Source: Candidatus Sumerlaeia bacterium
GTDB lineage: Bacteria > Sumerlaeota > Sumerlaeia > SLMS01 > JANRJK01
NCBI GenBank assembly: GCA_033764015.1
Contig: JANRJK010000036.1
Coordinates: 96,001 to 160,000, forward strand
DNA length: 64,000 bases
Direction: 5' to 3'
The translations under genes and the position numbers were made by a program. Under the pieces are notes generated by a model that did not search any database, was not told the DNA's origin, and saw only the letters and a list, made by a program, of their open reading frames with translations. How positions within the stretch are numbered: position 1 is the stretch's first letter; each line of letters begins with the position of its first letter. Shown piece by piece: positions 7,997 through 17,435 of the stretch.

Positions 7997-9355
7997 ATGA
8001 GGCCCAAGGGACTTTCGCTGAAAGGCGAACCGATCGACCGCGCGTTCTACTTCGCGGCGGGGCTTTTGCTGCTTGCGGTGAAGGTGGTCATCGACTGGCT
8101 GGTGACCGCCGTCGTGTTCGGCGAGCCTTGGCGCGTCTCCCTCTACGCGATCCCCGCCACCGGGGCGCTCTGGTCGCTGCTCGACGGCCACTCGGGCCTC
8201 CGGCTGGCGCTGCTGGCGTGTGCGCTGCCGTTCATCGCCATCGGGACCCTTCTGACCCTAGGGCGGCTGCGGGACGCGGGCTGGCACAGCGGGCTCGTGG
8301 TCCTGTTCTTCGTTCCTGTGGCCAACTTCGCGCTCTTCCTGGCGCTCGTCCTCGCACCCAGCCGAGCCGCAGCGGGTGATACGGCGCGGGCGCCCGCGGG
8401 CACTTGGCGGACGAGGATCGCGGGCGCGGCGCACGCGGGCGGGGTCAGCGCCGCCATCGTGGCGGCCTTCGGCGTCGCCGGAGTGCTGTTCTCCACAGAA
8501 TTCCTGGGGACGTACGGGCTCGGGATCTTCGTGGGGATGCCGTTCATCCAAGGCTTCCTCGCCGCGAAGATCGGTGGCGCGGACAGTTTCGGCGCGTCGC
8601 TCCGCGCGGCCTCCTGGGGACTCCTGCTCTGCGGCGCGGCGCTCCTCGTCTTTGCCATCGAGGGGATCATCTGCCTGCTGATGGCTTCGCCCTTGGCGTT
8701 CGCGCTCTCTGCGCTGGGTGCGTACTGCGGACACCTTTCAAATGTGGCGGACGATCCCACGCGCCGCTGGCCGATCCTCCCGATGGCGCTGATTCCCTCG
8801 CTGTTCCTGTCCATCGGCGCAGAGGGCGTGCGCCCGCGGGAGCCCGCCCTGCGCGAGGTCGTCACGCGCGTGCGCATCGCGGCGCCGCCGGAAACGGTTT
8901 GGGCCCAGGTCGTTGCGTTCCCCGAGATCGCCCCTCCGCGCGAGTGGTACTTCCGCGCGGGGATCGCTTGGCCCGTGCGGGCGCGCATCGAGGGCGAAGG
9001 CCTTGGCGCGGTGCGCTACTGCGAGTTCTCCACCGGCGCCTTCGTCGAGCCGGTCACCGTGTGGGAGCCCGCCCGCCGCCTCGCCTTCGACGTGGTGGAG
9101 AATCCACCCGCCATGCGCGAACTCTCGCCGTGGGGCGACCTCCGCACGCCGCATCTCTCGGGCTATGTGGTGTCGAAGCGCGGCCAGTTCCTACTCATCC
9201 CGGACGGCTCCGGCGGGACGATCCTCGAGGGCACCACGTGGTACGCGCACCGCTTCTGGCCCCAAGCGTACTGGAGCGTCTTCGCGGACGGGTTGATCCA
9301 CCGGATCCACCTCCGCGTCCTCGAACACATCCGGGCCCAGTGCGGGGCCGGCTGA
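7997..9355 (+). CDS. Membrane protein: DUF805-like N-terminus fused to an SRPBCC/START-like C-terminal domain
   Basis: R..Y...RLRDAGW...LFFVPVANF (DUF805-like), several TM helices, then VRIAAPPETVWAQV...VTVWEPARRLAFDV (SRPBCC fold). Confidence 0.7.
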   Translation: MRPKGLSLKGEPIDRAFYFAAGLLLLAVKVVIDWLVTAVVFGEPWRVSLYAIPATGALWSLLDGHSGLRLALLACALPFIAIGTLLTLGRLRDAGWHSGLVVLFFVPVANFALFLALVLAPSRAAAGDTARAPAGTWRTRIAGAAHAGGVSAAIVAAFGVAGVLFSTEFLGTYGLGIFVGMPFIQGFLAAKIGGADSFGASLRAASWGLLLCGAALLVFAIEGIICLLMASPLAFALSALGAYCGHLSNVADDPTRRWPILPMALIPSLFLSIGAEGVRPREPALREVVTRVRIAAPPETVWAQVVAFPEIAPPREWYFRAGIAWPVRARIEGEGLGAVRYCEFSTGAFVEPVTVWEPARRLAFDVVENPPAMRELSPWGDLRTPHLSGYVVSKRGQFLLIPDGSGGTILEGTTWYAHRFWPQAYWSVFADGLIHRIHLRVLEHIRAQCGAG

Positions 9356-9430
9356 CCAGACGCTCCCTTTGCGCTTCACCCGGCCCGCCGCCTTGAATCC
9401 GGGCACTCGACGCGGAAAGGCGCATGCGGC

Positions 9431-9949
9431 ATGGAGCTTTCGATGATGCAGTTGCTGGGGTTGTTGATCGTGGGGGCGTTCGCGGGGGCGATGTCGGGAT
9501 TCTTCGGCATCGGCGGCGGCATCGTGATGGTGCCGGCGCTGGTGCTGCTGATGGGTTTCACGCAGCAAATGGCGCAGGGCACGTCGATCGCCGTGATGAT
9601 CCCGCCGATCGGCTTGGCCGCCGCGATCCAGTACTACCGCCAAGGCTTTGTCGATCTGCGCGTGGCCGCGTTCGTCGCGATCGGATTCGTGATCGGCTCG
9701 CTGATCACCTCGACGTACATATCCAAGGTGCCCGGGCCGATCCTGAAGCAGGCGTTCGGGATGCTGATGCTGTTTTCCGCGGGGCAGATCTTCTACGCGG
9801 CGGGGGGCTTCAACGGGATCCTCAAGATGCTTCCGGTGGGAATCGGGCTGTTTCTGGTCGGGGGCTACACGCGGCACCTCGCGGACTCGCGCGGGAAGCG
9901 GAAGGCGGCGGAGGATCAGTCCGGCGACAAGGACGCGGCCACCGGCTGA
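9431..9949 (+). CDS. Sulfite exporter TauE/SafE family protein (short form)
   Basis: AGAMSGFFGIGGGIVMVPAL and AQGTSIA motifs; hydrophobic throughout. Confidence 0.85.
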   Translation: MELSMMQLLGLLIVGAFAGAMSGFFGIGGGIVMVPALVLLMGFTQQMAQGTSIAVMIPPIGLAAAIQYYRQGFVDLRVAAFVAIGFVIGSLITSTYISKVPGPILKQAFGMLMLFSAGQIFYAAGGFNGILKMLPVGIGLFLVGGYTRHLADSRGKRKAAEDQSGDKDAATG

Positions 9950-11511
9950 ATGCGTTCGAGGAAGCGGTGGATGGATTCCTCCGGCGGGTTGGAGGCCATG
10001 TACCGCTCGACGACGAGCTGCGCTTGCGGACGCCGGTTCGTCATGACGGAGGCGACCACGAGTTCGGCGGTCGCCTCGGGGTGGAGCGGGTCGTCGTCGA
10101 GGGCGCGCTTCGCCGCATCGTAGGCGCCGTCGAGGTCACGGTTGGCGCGCGAGAGCGCGGCGAGGCGCACCCAGCGGTCCGCCTGCCCCTTGCCGTCGCC
10201 GAGGGCGCGCTGCAGCGCGACGTAGGCGGCGGAGAAGTTGCCCTGCGCGAGCTGGACGCCGGCGAGCCATTCGGCGGCGAGCGGGTTGCCCGGCGCGCGG
10301 TTGAACTCGCCCTTCGCGAGGGCGTCCGAGCTGCGGAACTCGGGGGCCCTCATCGCCGCGAGGAATCCCCAGGTCGCCATCACGACGAGCATCCCGCCGA
10401 GGAGCGCGAGGCGCACGTGCTCCATCCAATGCTCGCGCGCGCCGCGGGTGGCGCCCGCCACGAACATCGCCGCGAAGGGGAACGTCGCGACCCACGAGAG
10501 CCCGCGCTCCGGGGGGAGCAGCGCGACGGTCCCCATGCACGCGGCGAGATACCACCACAGGCTCGGCTCGGGGAGATCCTTGCGGTTCGAAAGCCACTGG
10601 AGCGCGGCGACGCCGAGCAGCAGTCCGAAGAGCGCCTGCAGCGCGAAAGGCACCGGGCGGGGCTGGAGGTCCACCGCGAAGGCGCGGGGGAAGGCCAGCA
10701 GGAGCTGCTCCGCCGCCGGCGAGGCGAGCAGCGGCACGCGCCGGAGCGCGTCGAGCAGCGGCGCGAGGGGTGCCTCCGGCGTGCCCGCCCGCACGAGGAG
10801 GAACGCGGCCGCGGCGCCCGCGACAGCGAGGGCCGCGGCGACCTGCAGCGACCGGTGGCGGTGGTGCACCGCGAACGCCGCGGCCGCCGCCAGGAACACC
10901 AGCGGTGTCGGCACCACGAAGGCGGCCGCCGCGAAGAAGGCGACGCCCGCCGCGAAGCGCGGCCAGCGCACGATGTACTCGTCGGTGGTCGCGCTGCGCA
11001 GCGCTACGCAGCCCCAAACCCCGAACGCCGCGGCCACCGCTACCGAAAGCCCGTGGAACGCCGCCAGCACGTTGACGGCGAACGGATGGAGCACCGGAAC
11101 CAAGTACAGCGGCAGCGCCCAACCCGGAAGCCCTTCGTCGCCGGTGAGCACCACAAGCCCGGCGACCGCTAACCCGGCCGCCATGGCCGTCAGCAGCAGC
11201 ACCAGCCGCGTGCTCCGCGGGCCATGCCACGGAAGGCCGGCGGCCAGGGAACGCTCCGTCGCGACGGGGCCCCACGGAAAGAGGACCGGCTCCTCCGAGT
11301 AGACGCCGGGCGCCTGGTACGCCGTCGCCGGGACGGACTGGCCCAGCATGGCCGCCTCTCCCGGCGCGAGTTCCCTCGGCGCGGACCGCCACGTCATCAG
11401 CACGGCGAGCAGGAAGGCGACCAGACCCATGACCACCGGGGGCGCGAGGAGCCAGTCGAGCGGATCGCGGGCCGGGCGCGGCCCGACGGTGTCGGGTTCG
11501 GGTGTCGTCAT
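9916..11511 (-). CDS. Multi-pass membrane protein with C-terminal TPR-like repeats (divergent TMTC/GT-C-like)
   Basis: About 10 hydrophobic segments, then TPR-like helices (WLAGVQLAQGNFSAAYVALQRAL; LAALSRANRDLDGAYDAAKRALDDDPLHPEA). Start taken at ATG 11511. Confidence 0.65.
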   Translation of the reverse strand: MTTPEPDTVGPRPARDPLDWLLAPPVVMGLVAFLLAVLMTWRSAPRELAPGEAAMLGQSVPATAYQAPGVYSEEPVLFPWGPVATERSLAAGLPWHGPRSTRLVLLLTAMAAGLAVAGLVVLTGDEGLPGWALPLYLVPVLHPFAVNVLAAFHGLSVAVAAAFGVWGCVALRSATTDEYIVRWPRFAAGVAFFAAAAFVVPTPLVFLAAAAAFAVHHRHRSLQVAAALAVAGAAAAFLLVRAGTPEAPLAPLLDALRRVPLLASPAAEQLLLAFPRAFAVDLQPRPVPFALQALFGLLLGVAALQWLSNRKDLPEPSLWWYLAACMGTVALLPPERGLSWVATFPFAAMFVAGATRGAREHWMEHVRLALLGGMLVVMATWGFLAAMRAPEFRSSDALAKGEFNRAPGNPLAAEWLAGVQLAQGNFSAAYVALQRALGDGKGQADRWVRLAALSRANRDLDGAYDAAKRALDDDPLHPEATAELVVASVMTNRRPQAQLVVERYMASNPPEESIHRFLERIQPVAASLSPD

Positions 11512-11568
11512 GCGGGGACTTGAACGCGAGGGTGGACGCGGCTCAAGCGGCGTCTCGCCGGCGGTCAA

Positions 11569-12537
11569 CTACGGCGCCACCTGCGCCACGCCGGAAAGCG
11601 CGGCCTCCATGCGCTCCGCCATCGCCGCGGGCAGCTTGATCCCCGAGGCCAGCGCGTTCTCGCGGAGCTGCGAAACCTTCGTCGCGCCGACGATGCAGCT
11701 CGACACCTCCTGGTGCGTGAGGATCCACGCCAGGGCGATCTGCGCGACGGAGTAGCCCAGCTCCTCCGCGATCGGCTTCAGGCGCGCCACCGCTTCGAGC
11801 AATTCGCGGTCGTGGGCCTTCGCCTTGATGAAGTGGTTCTGGCGCGTGTCGGCGGCGCGGCTGTCGGTCGGCGGCGGGTGGCCCGGGCGGTACTTGCCGG
11901 TGAGCAGCCCCTGCGCCAGCGGCGACCACACGACCAGGCCCATGCCGGAGCGCGCGCAGAGCGGCATCACGGAGCGCTCGATCTTGCGCTGGAGCAGATT
12001 GTACTGCGGCTGGTTCGCGACGGGCCGCTCCCAGCGCTCGCCGCAATGCGCGAGACAGCGGTCGATCTGGTCCGCGCTCCATTCGGAAACGCCCCAGTGC
12101 AGGATCTTGCCCTGGCGCACGAGGTCGTCCATCGCGCGGATCGTGACCTCGAGCGGCGTTTCCTCGTCGAAGCGGTGGCATTGGTAGAGATCGATGTGGT
12201 CCGTGCGGAGGCGGCGCAGGCTCTTGTGCACCTGGTCGAACAGGTGCTTGCGGCCGAGGCCGCGGTCGTTGGGCCCGTCGCCCACGGGGAAGAAGGCCTT
12301 GGTGGCGAGAACATAGCTTTCGCGTGGACGCCCCAGGAGCCACTCGCCGAGCGCTTCCTCGCATTTCCCCTGCGCGTAGACGTTCGCGGTGTCGATCAGG
12401 TTGATGCCGAGGTCGAACGCGGCGGCGATGATGTCGCGGCCGGCGTCGCCTTCCACGGCGTTGCCGAAGGTCAGCCACCCCCCCAGCGCGATCTCCGAAA
12501 CGCGGATGCCCGAGGCACCGAGCGGACGGTAGTTCAT
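11569..12537 (-). CDS. Aldo/keto reductase (Kv-beta/Tas-like)
   Basis: MNYRPLGASGIRVSEIALGGW, IDTANVY, LATK, SLRRLRTDHIDLYQCH, QPQYN, WSPLAQGLLTGKY. RBS GGGAGA upstream of ATG 12537. Confidence 0.95.
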   Translation of the reverse strand: MNYRPLGASGIRVSEIALGGWLTFGNAVEGDAGRDIIAAAFDLGINLIDTANVYAQGKCEEALGEWLLGRPRESYVLATKAFFPVGDGPNDRGLGRKHLFDQVHKSLRRLRTDHIDLYQCHRFDEETPLEVTIRAMDDLVRQGKILHWGVSEWSADQIDRCLAHCGERWERPVANQPQYNLLQRKIERSVMPLCARSGMGLVVWSPLAQGLLTGKYRPGHPPPTDSRAADTRQNHFIKAKAHDRELLEAVARLKPIAEELGYSVAQIALAWILTHQEVSSCIVGATKVSQLRENALASGIKLPAAMAERMEAALSGVAQVAP

Positions 12538-12559
12538 CGATGTATCTCCCATATTGAAA

Positions 12560-13228
12560 TCAACCTGGCAGCGGCACCGCAACGCCTCCGACCGCCAAGA
12601 CCACGCGGTCGCCGGCCGAAGGCGCGATGTCGGCCTTGCCGGTCAGCTCGCCGAAGGCGGGCAGCACGGCGCTGTTCTGTCTGAACCAGAAGCAAGGCCC
12701 GCGCAAGGCGGTTTCGCCGCGCCGCTTGAGTCGGATCGCGGGGTGCAGGTGCCCCGCCAGCAGGTAGCCGCGCGCCGCGCGGTCCGGATAGTGGCCGTAA
12801 GCGAACGGAGGTGCTTCGACCTGTTCCGCGGCACATTCGATGCGCAGGTCCCCCGGCGGGTCGCCTGCATGCCGGTCGTGGTTTCCGCGAACAAGCAGTA
12901 TGCGGAGCACCGCATGGGCGGCGCGCCACTCCGCGAGGCGGCGAAGCGTCTCCGGCGAGCGGCTGTGGCGGTCGTGGAAGAAGTCGCCGAGGATCACCAG
13001 CTCGCGGGCGCCCGTGCTGCGCAGCGCCGCGGTGAGGCGCGCAAGCGGCTCCGCGATGGTGGCCTCGGGGACGGGTACGCCCGCCGCCTGCAACGAGGCC
13101 GCCTTGCCGAAATGCGGGTCCGCGATGAGCAGTGTGCCCGTGGCCGGGCGGAACAACGCGCGGCATCCCATGGCGAGCATCGACTCGCCGGCGCACTCGA
13201 TGCTTGTGTCGGCGGGGCGGGGCTCCAT
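12560..13228 (-). CDS. pdeM: Ligase-associated DNA damage response metallophosphoesterase/endonuclease PdeM
   Basis: IADPHFGKAA, ILGDFFH, VRGNHD, GHLHP and LPAFG metallophosphoesterase motifs, next to the ligase and helicase genes. Confidence 0.9.
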   Translation of the reverse strand: MEPRPADTSIECAGESMLAMGCRALFRPATGTLLIADPHFGKAASLQAAGVPVPEATIAEPLARLTAALRSTGARELVILGDFFHDRHSRSPETLRRLAEWRAAHAVLRILLVRGNHDRHAGDPPGDLRIECAAEQVEAPPFAYGHYPDRAARGYLLAGHLHPAIRLKRRGETALRGPCFWFRQNSAVLPAFGELTGKADIAPSAGDRVVLAVGGVAVPLPG

Positions 13229-13256
13229 GCTCACGGCGGCTTCGGACGGAAGGATC

Positions 13257-14903
13257 ATGCGGCGCTTCACGCGACTGGTTAGAGAGCTGGACGAGACGAC
13301 GCGCACCAACGAAAAAGTGGCGGCGCTGGAGCGCTTTTTCCGCGAGGCGCCGCGCACCGACGCCGCGTGGGCGCTGCACTTCCTCTCCGGCGGGCGCCAG
13401 CGGCGGGCCCTGACGGCGCCGCGCCTGCGCGCACTCGTGGCTGCGCGGTGCGGCCTGCCCCAGTGGCTCGTCGACGAGTGCCACGAAGCGGTCGGCGACC
13501 TGGCGGAGTGCCTGGCGCTGCTGCTGCCGCCGCCGACGGCGCCGCGCGAGTGGGCCCTCGCGGACCTTGTCGAGACGCGCTTGCTGCCGATCGCCGACCT
13601 GCCCGAGCGCGACCGCGAGCGCATGCTGGACGAGGTGTGGGCGTCGCTCTCCGCGGAGGAGCGCTTCGTCTGGCACAAGCTGATCACCGGCGCGTTCCGC
13701 ATTGGCGCGGGGAGGACGCTCGCGGCGCGCGCGCTCGCCCGCGTCGCCGGCGTGCCGCAGGCGGTCATGGCGCACCGCCTGATGGGGGCGTGGGCGCCCA
13801 GCGCGGAAGCGATGGAGCGGCTTCTCGCGGGCGAGTCCGCCTCGGACGATCCCGCGCGGCCATACCCGTTCCACTTGGCGCACCAGATCGAGGGGCAACC
13901 GGAGGGGTTGGGGCCCATCGCCGAGTGGCAGCTCGAGTGGAAGTGGGACGGCATCCGCGCGCAGCTCCTGAAACGCGGCGGTGCGGTGGCGCTGTGGACG
14001 CGCGGCGAGGAGCCCGCGGGGGCGCGGTTCCCCGAGCTGGAGGCTCTCGGCGCGCGGCTGCCGGACGGCACCGTGCTCGACGGCGAGGTGCTGCCATGGC
14101 GCGGCGGCGGACCGCTCCCGTTCCACCAGCTCCAGCGGCGCATCGGCCTGAAGAGCGCCAGCCGGCGCATCCAGCTCGAAGTTCCCGCGCTGTTCCACGC
14201 CTACGATTTGCTCGAGGAGAACGGGGTCGACCTGCGGGAGCGCCCGCTCGCGGAGCGCCGCGCGCGGCTGGAGGCGCTCGTTGACTCAGTCAAGCAACCG
14301 TCACGGCTGCTCGCGTCGCCGCTCGTCGAGGCGGGATCTTGGGAGGAGGCGGCGCTGTTGCGGGAGGAGTCGCGCGCGCGCCGCGTCGAGGGGCTGATGC
14401 TCAAGCGGCGCGACTCCCCGTACCGCGCGGGGCGCAGCAAGGGCGAATGGTGGAAGTGGAAGGTCGATCCGCTCGCGATCGACGCGGTGTTGGTCTATGC
14501 GCAGCAGGGGCACGGGCGCCGCGCGAGCCTCTACACGGACTGCACGTTCGCGCTCTGGGACCGCGGCGAATTGGTCACCGTGGCGAAGGCGTATTCGGGC
14601 CTCACCGACCGCGAGATCGACGAGGTGGACGCGTGGATCAAGCGGCACGGGCGCGAGCGCCGCGGCCCGGTCCGCGCGGTCGATCCGGAGCTGGTGTTCG
14701 AGCTCGGCTTCGAGGGTGTGCAGCGCTCGGGACGGCACCGCTCCGGCGTGGCGGTGCGGTTCCCGCGGATCCTGCGCTGGCGTCGCGACAAGCGCCCCGA
14801 GGACGCGGACACGCTCGATTCGCTGCTCGCGCTGGCGGATCTTGGCGACGCACCCGAAGAGGATGGCGACGCCATCGGCGGCGTGCAGCAGGAGCTGTTC
14901 TGA
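13257..14903 (+). CDS. ATP-dependent DNA ligase (ligase-associated damage response family)
   Basis: MRRFTRLVRELDETTRTNEK start, VGDLAE, adenylation motif EWKWDGIRAQ, LDGE, EGLMLK, WWKWKVDP and AVRFPRILRWR. Confidence 0.93.
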   Translation: MRRFTRLVRELDETTRTNEKVAALERFFREAPRTDAAWALHFLSGGRQRRALTAPRLRALVAARCGLPQWLVDECHEAVGDLAECLALLLPPPTAPREWALADLVETRLLPIADLPERDRERMLDEVWASLSAEERFVWHKLITGAFRIGAGRTLAARALARVAGVPQAVMAHRLMGAWAPSAEAMERLLAGESASDDPARPYPFHLAHQIEGQPEGLGPIAEWQLEWKWDGIRAQLLKRGGAVALWTRGEEPAGARFPELEALGARLPDGTVLDGEVLPWRGGGPLPFHQLQRRIGLKSASRRIQLEVPALFHAYDLLEENGVDLRERPLAERRARLEALVDSVKQPSRLLASPLVEAGSWEEAALLREESRARRVEGLMLKRRDSPYRAGRSKGEWWKWKVDPLAIDAVLVYAQQGHGRRASLYTDCTFALWDRGELVTVAKAYSGLTDREIDEVDAWIKRHGRERRGPVRAVDPELVFELGFEGVQRSGRHRSGVAVRFPRILRWRRDKRPEDADTLDSLLALADLGDAPEEDGDAIGGVQQELF

Positions 14904-14905
14904 CC

Positions 14906-17386
14906 GTGCCCCACGCGCATCCGCACGCGCCGCTGCGGCGCTGGTTCTCGGACCGCGGCTGGAAGCCGGCACAGTTCCAGGAGGAGGCGTGGGCCTCGTA
15001 CCTCGCCGGGGAGAGCGGCCTAGTCCATGCGCCGACGGGCCTCGGCAAGACGCTCGCGGTGTGGGGAGGGCCGCTGCTCGAAGCGCTCGCGGCGGAGGAG
15101 AACGATGGGCTGCGGGCGCTGTGGATCACGCCGCTGCGCGCGCTCGCCGCGAACACCGTGGCGTCGCTGCGCGAGGCGCTTGCGGCCTTCGGACTAGACC
15201 TCGCCGTCGAGCTGCGCACCGGCGACGTGTCCTCGGCGAAGAAGGCGCGCCAGCGCGAGCGCCCGCCCTTCTGCCTCGTCACCACGCCGGAGAGCCTCTC
15301 GCTGCTGCTGAGCTACGCCGACACGGCGGAGTCGCTGCGCCGGCTGCGCTGCGTGGTGGTGGACGAGTGGCACGAGCTGCTCGGCTCGAAGCGCGGCGTG
15401 CAGACGGAGCTGTGCCTCGCGCGACTGCGGGCGCTCGCGCCGGGCCTGCGCACTTGGGGGCTCTCGGCGACGCTTGGCAATTTGGACGAAGCGCGCGACG
15501 CACTGCTCGGCGCGGTGTCCGGCGCGGGGCGGCTCGTCTCCGCCGAGGCGCCCAAGGAGATCGCGATCGAGACGCTGCTGCCGGACGAGATGGAGCGCTT
15601 CCCCTGGGCGGGGCACCTCGGGCTCAAACTGCTGCCGCGGGTGGTTGAGGCCGTCGAGCGCGCGTCCTCCACGCTGCTGTTCACCAACACGCGCTCGCAG
15701 GCGGAGCTGTGGTTCAACGCGTTCCTTGCGCTGCGGCCGGATTGGGAGCCGCGGCTCGGGCTGCACCACGGCTCGCTGGACCGCGAGTTGCGGGAACAAG
15801 CCGAGCGCGGCATCGACAGCGGCGCGCTGCGCTGCGTGGTGTGCACGTCGAGCCTCGACCTCGGCGTGGACTTCGCCCCGGTGGAGCAGGTGATCCAGAT
15901 CGGCAGCCCGAAGGGGATCGCGCGGCTGCTGCAGCGCGCGGGGCGCAGCGGCCACCGCCCGGGCGCGCCGAGCCGCGTGCTGTGCGTGCCGACGAACGCG
16001 CTCGAATTGGTCGAGTTCTCCGCCGCGCGCGCGGCGGCGGAGGCGCGCCGCATCGAGTCGCGCGCACCGATCACGGGGCCGCTCGATGTGCTCGCGCAGC
16101 ACGTCGTGACGCTGGCGCTGGCGGGGGGAGTGGCCCCGGAGGCCGCGCTTGCGGAGGCGCGCGCCACGCGGGCCTACGCGTCGCTCACGGGCGAGCAGTG
16201 GGGCTGGGTGCTTGACTTTCTCAAGCATGGCGGACGGGCGCTCGGCGCGTACCCGCAGTACCGCCGCATCGTGGAGCGCGAGGGGCGCCTCGTGCCCGCG
16301 GGCGACCGCGTGGCGCGAGCGCACCGCATGGCCGTGGGCACGATCGCCAGCGACGCCGCGGTGTCGGTGCGGTTCCAGAACGGCGCGACGCTCGGTTCCA
16401 TCGAGGAGAGTTTCGCGGCGTGGATCAAGCCGGGCGACCGGTTCCTCTTCGCGGGGCGCGTGGTGGAGTGCGTACGCTTCCGCGAGATGGCGATGGACGT
16501 CAAACGAGCCGCCGCCGCCACGCGCAGCGTCCCCAAGTGGATGGGCGGGCGGATGCCGCTCTCGACGCAGCTTGCGGACGCGGTGCGCGCGCGTTTCCAC
16601 GAGGCCGCCCGCGGCGAGCACGCCGACGCGGAGATGCGCGCCGTCGCGCCGCTGCTCGAACTGCAGGAGCGCTGGTCGAAGATCCCGCTGCCGCACGAGA
16701 CGCTGATCGAGCGGACGCGCTCGCGCGAGGGGCACCACGCGTATGTGTTCGCCTTCGCGGGGCGGCTGGCGCACGAGGGCATGGCGGCGCTCGCGGCGTT
16801 CCGCATCGCGCGCCGCGCGCCGATCACGTTCACCACCTGCGCCAACGACTACGGCTTCGAACTCGTCTCGCGGAAGCCGTTCCCGCTCGGCGAGGAGGAG
16901 TGGCGCGCGGCGCTCTCGCCCGGCGCGCTGCTCGAGGACCTGCTGGCGTGCCTGAACGGGACCGAGCTGGCGAAGCGCAAGTTCCGCGAGGTCGCGCGCG
17001 TCGCGGGCCTCGTTTCGACCGGCTTCCCGGGCCAGTCGAAGTCCGCGAAGCAGGTGCAGATGTCGAGCGGGCTGCTCTACGACGTGTTCGCGCAGTTCGA
17101 CCCGGAGAACCTGCTGCTGCACCAGGCGCGCCGCGAGGTGCTCGACGAGCAGCTCGAGGTGACGCGGCTGCGCGCGGCGCTGGAGCGCGTCGCGGCGGGG
17201 CCGCTGGTCCTCCGCGAGACGGAACGCCTCACGCCGCTGTCGTTCCCGCTCTGGGCCGAGCGCATCCGCGAATCGGTCTCGTCGGAGTCCTGGGCGGAGC
17301 GGCTGGAGCGCATGGTGGCGGAGCTGGCGGAGGCGGCGGAAAGCGGCTGGCAGGCAATGCCAAAGCGGAAGCCTGAATCGGGTTGA
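14906..17386 (+). CDS. Ligase-associated DEXH-box helicase (Lhr-core family)
   Basis: GTG 2 nt after the ligase stop. APTGLGKT, TPLRAL, TTPESL, DEWH, LSAT, HHGSL, SLDLGVD and QRAGRSGH. Confidence 0.93.
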   Translation: MPHAHPHAPLRRWFSDRGWKPAQFQEEAWASYLAGESGLVHAPTGLGKTLAVWGGPLLEALAAEENDGLRALWITPLRALAANTVASLREALAAFGLDLAVELRTGDVSSAKKARQRERPPFCLVTTPESLSLLLSYADTAESLRRLRCVVVDEWHELLGSKRGVQTELCLARLRALAPGLRTWGLSATLGNLDEARDALLGAVSGAGRLVSAEAPKEIAIETLLPDEMERFPWAGHLGLKLLPRVVEAVERASSTLLFTNTRSQAELWFNAFLALRPDWEPRLGLHHGSLDRELREQAERGIDSGALRCVVCTSSLDLGVDFAPVEQVIQIGSPKGIARLLQRAGRSGHRPGAPSRVLCVPTNALELVEFSAARAAAEARRIESRAPITGPLDVLAQHVVTLALAGGVAPEAALAEARATRAYASLTGEQWGWVLDFLKHGGRALGAYPQYRRIVEREGRLVPAGDRVARAHRMAVGTIASDAAVSVRFQNGATLGSIEESFAAWIKPGDRFLFAGRVVECVRFREMAMDVKRAAAATRSVPKWMGGRMPLSTQLADAVRARFHEAARGEHADAEMRAVAPLLELQERWSKIPLPHETLIERTRSREGHHAYVFAFAGRLAHEGMAALAAFRIARRAPITFTTCANDYGFELVSRKPFPLGEEEWRAALSPGALLEDLLACLNGTELAKRKFREVARVAGLVSTGFPGQSKSAKQVQMSSGLLYDVFAQFDPENLLLHQARREVLDEQLEVTRLRAALERVAAGPLVLRETERLTPLSFPLWAERIRESVSSESWAERLERMVAELAEAAESGWQAMPKRKPESG

Positions 17387-17435
17387 GTGTCGCGCCTGCC
17401 GCGCGCGAAGTTCCGCCTCCCGGAGTAGCCCCGCC

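Noticed and set aside
9916..9949. Short convergent overlaps (9916-9949 and 47230-47261)
   Set aside because: Overlaps of about 30 nt at 3' ends are common in compact GC-rich genomes.
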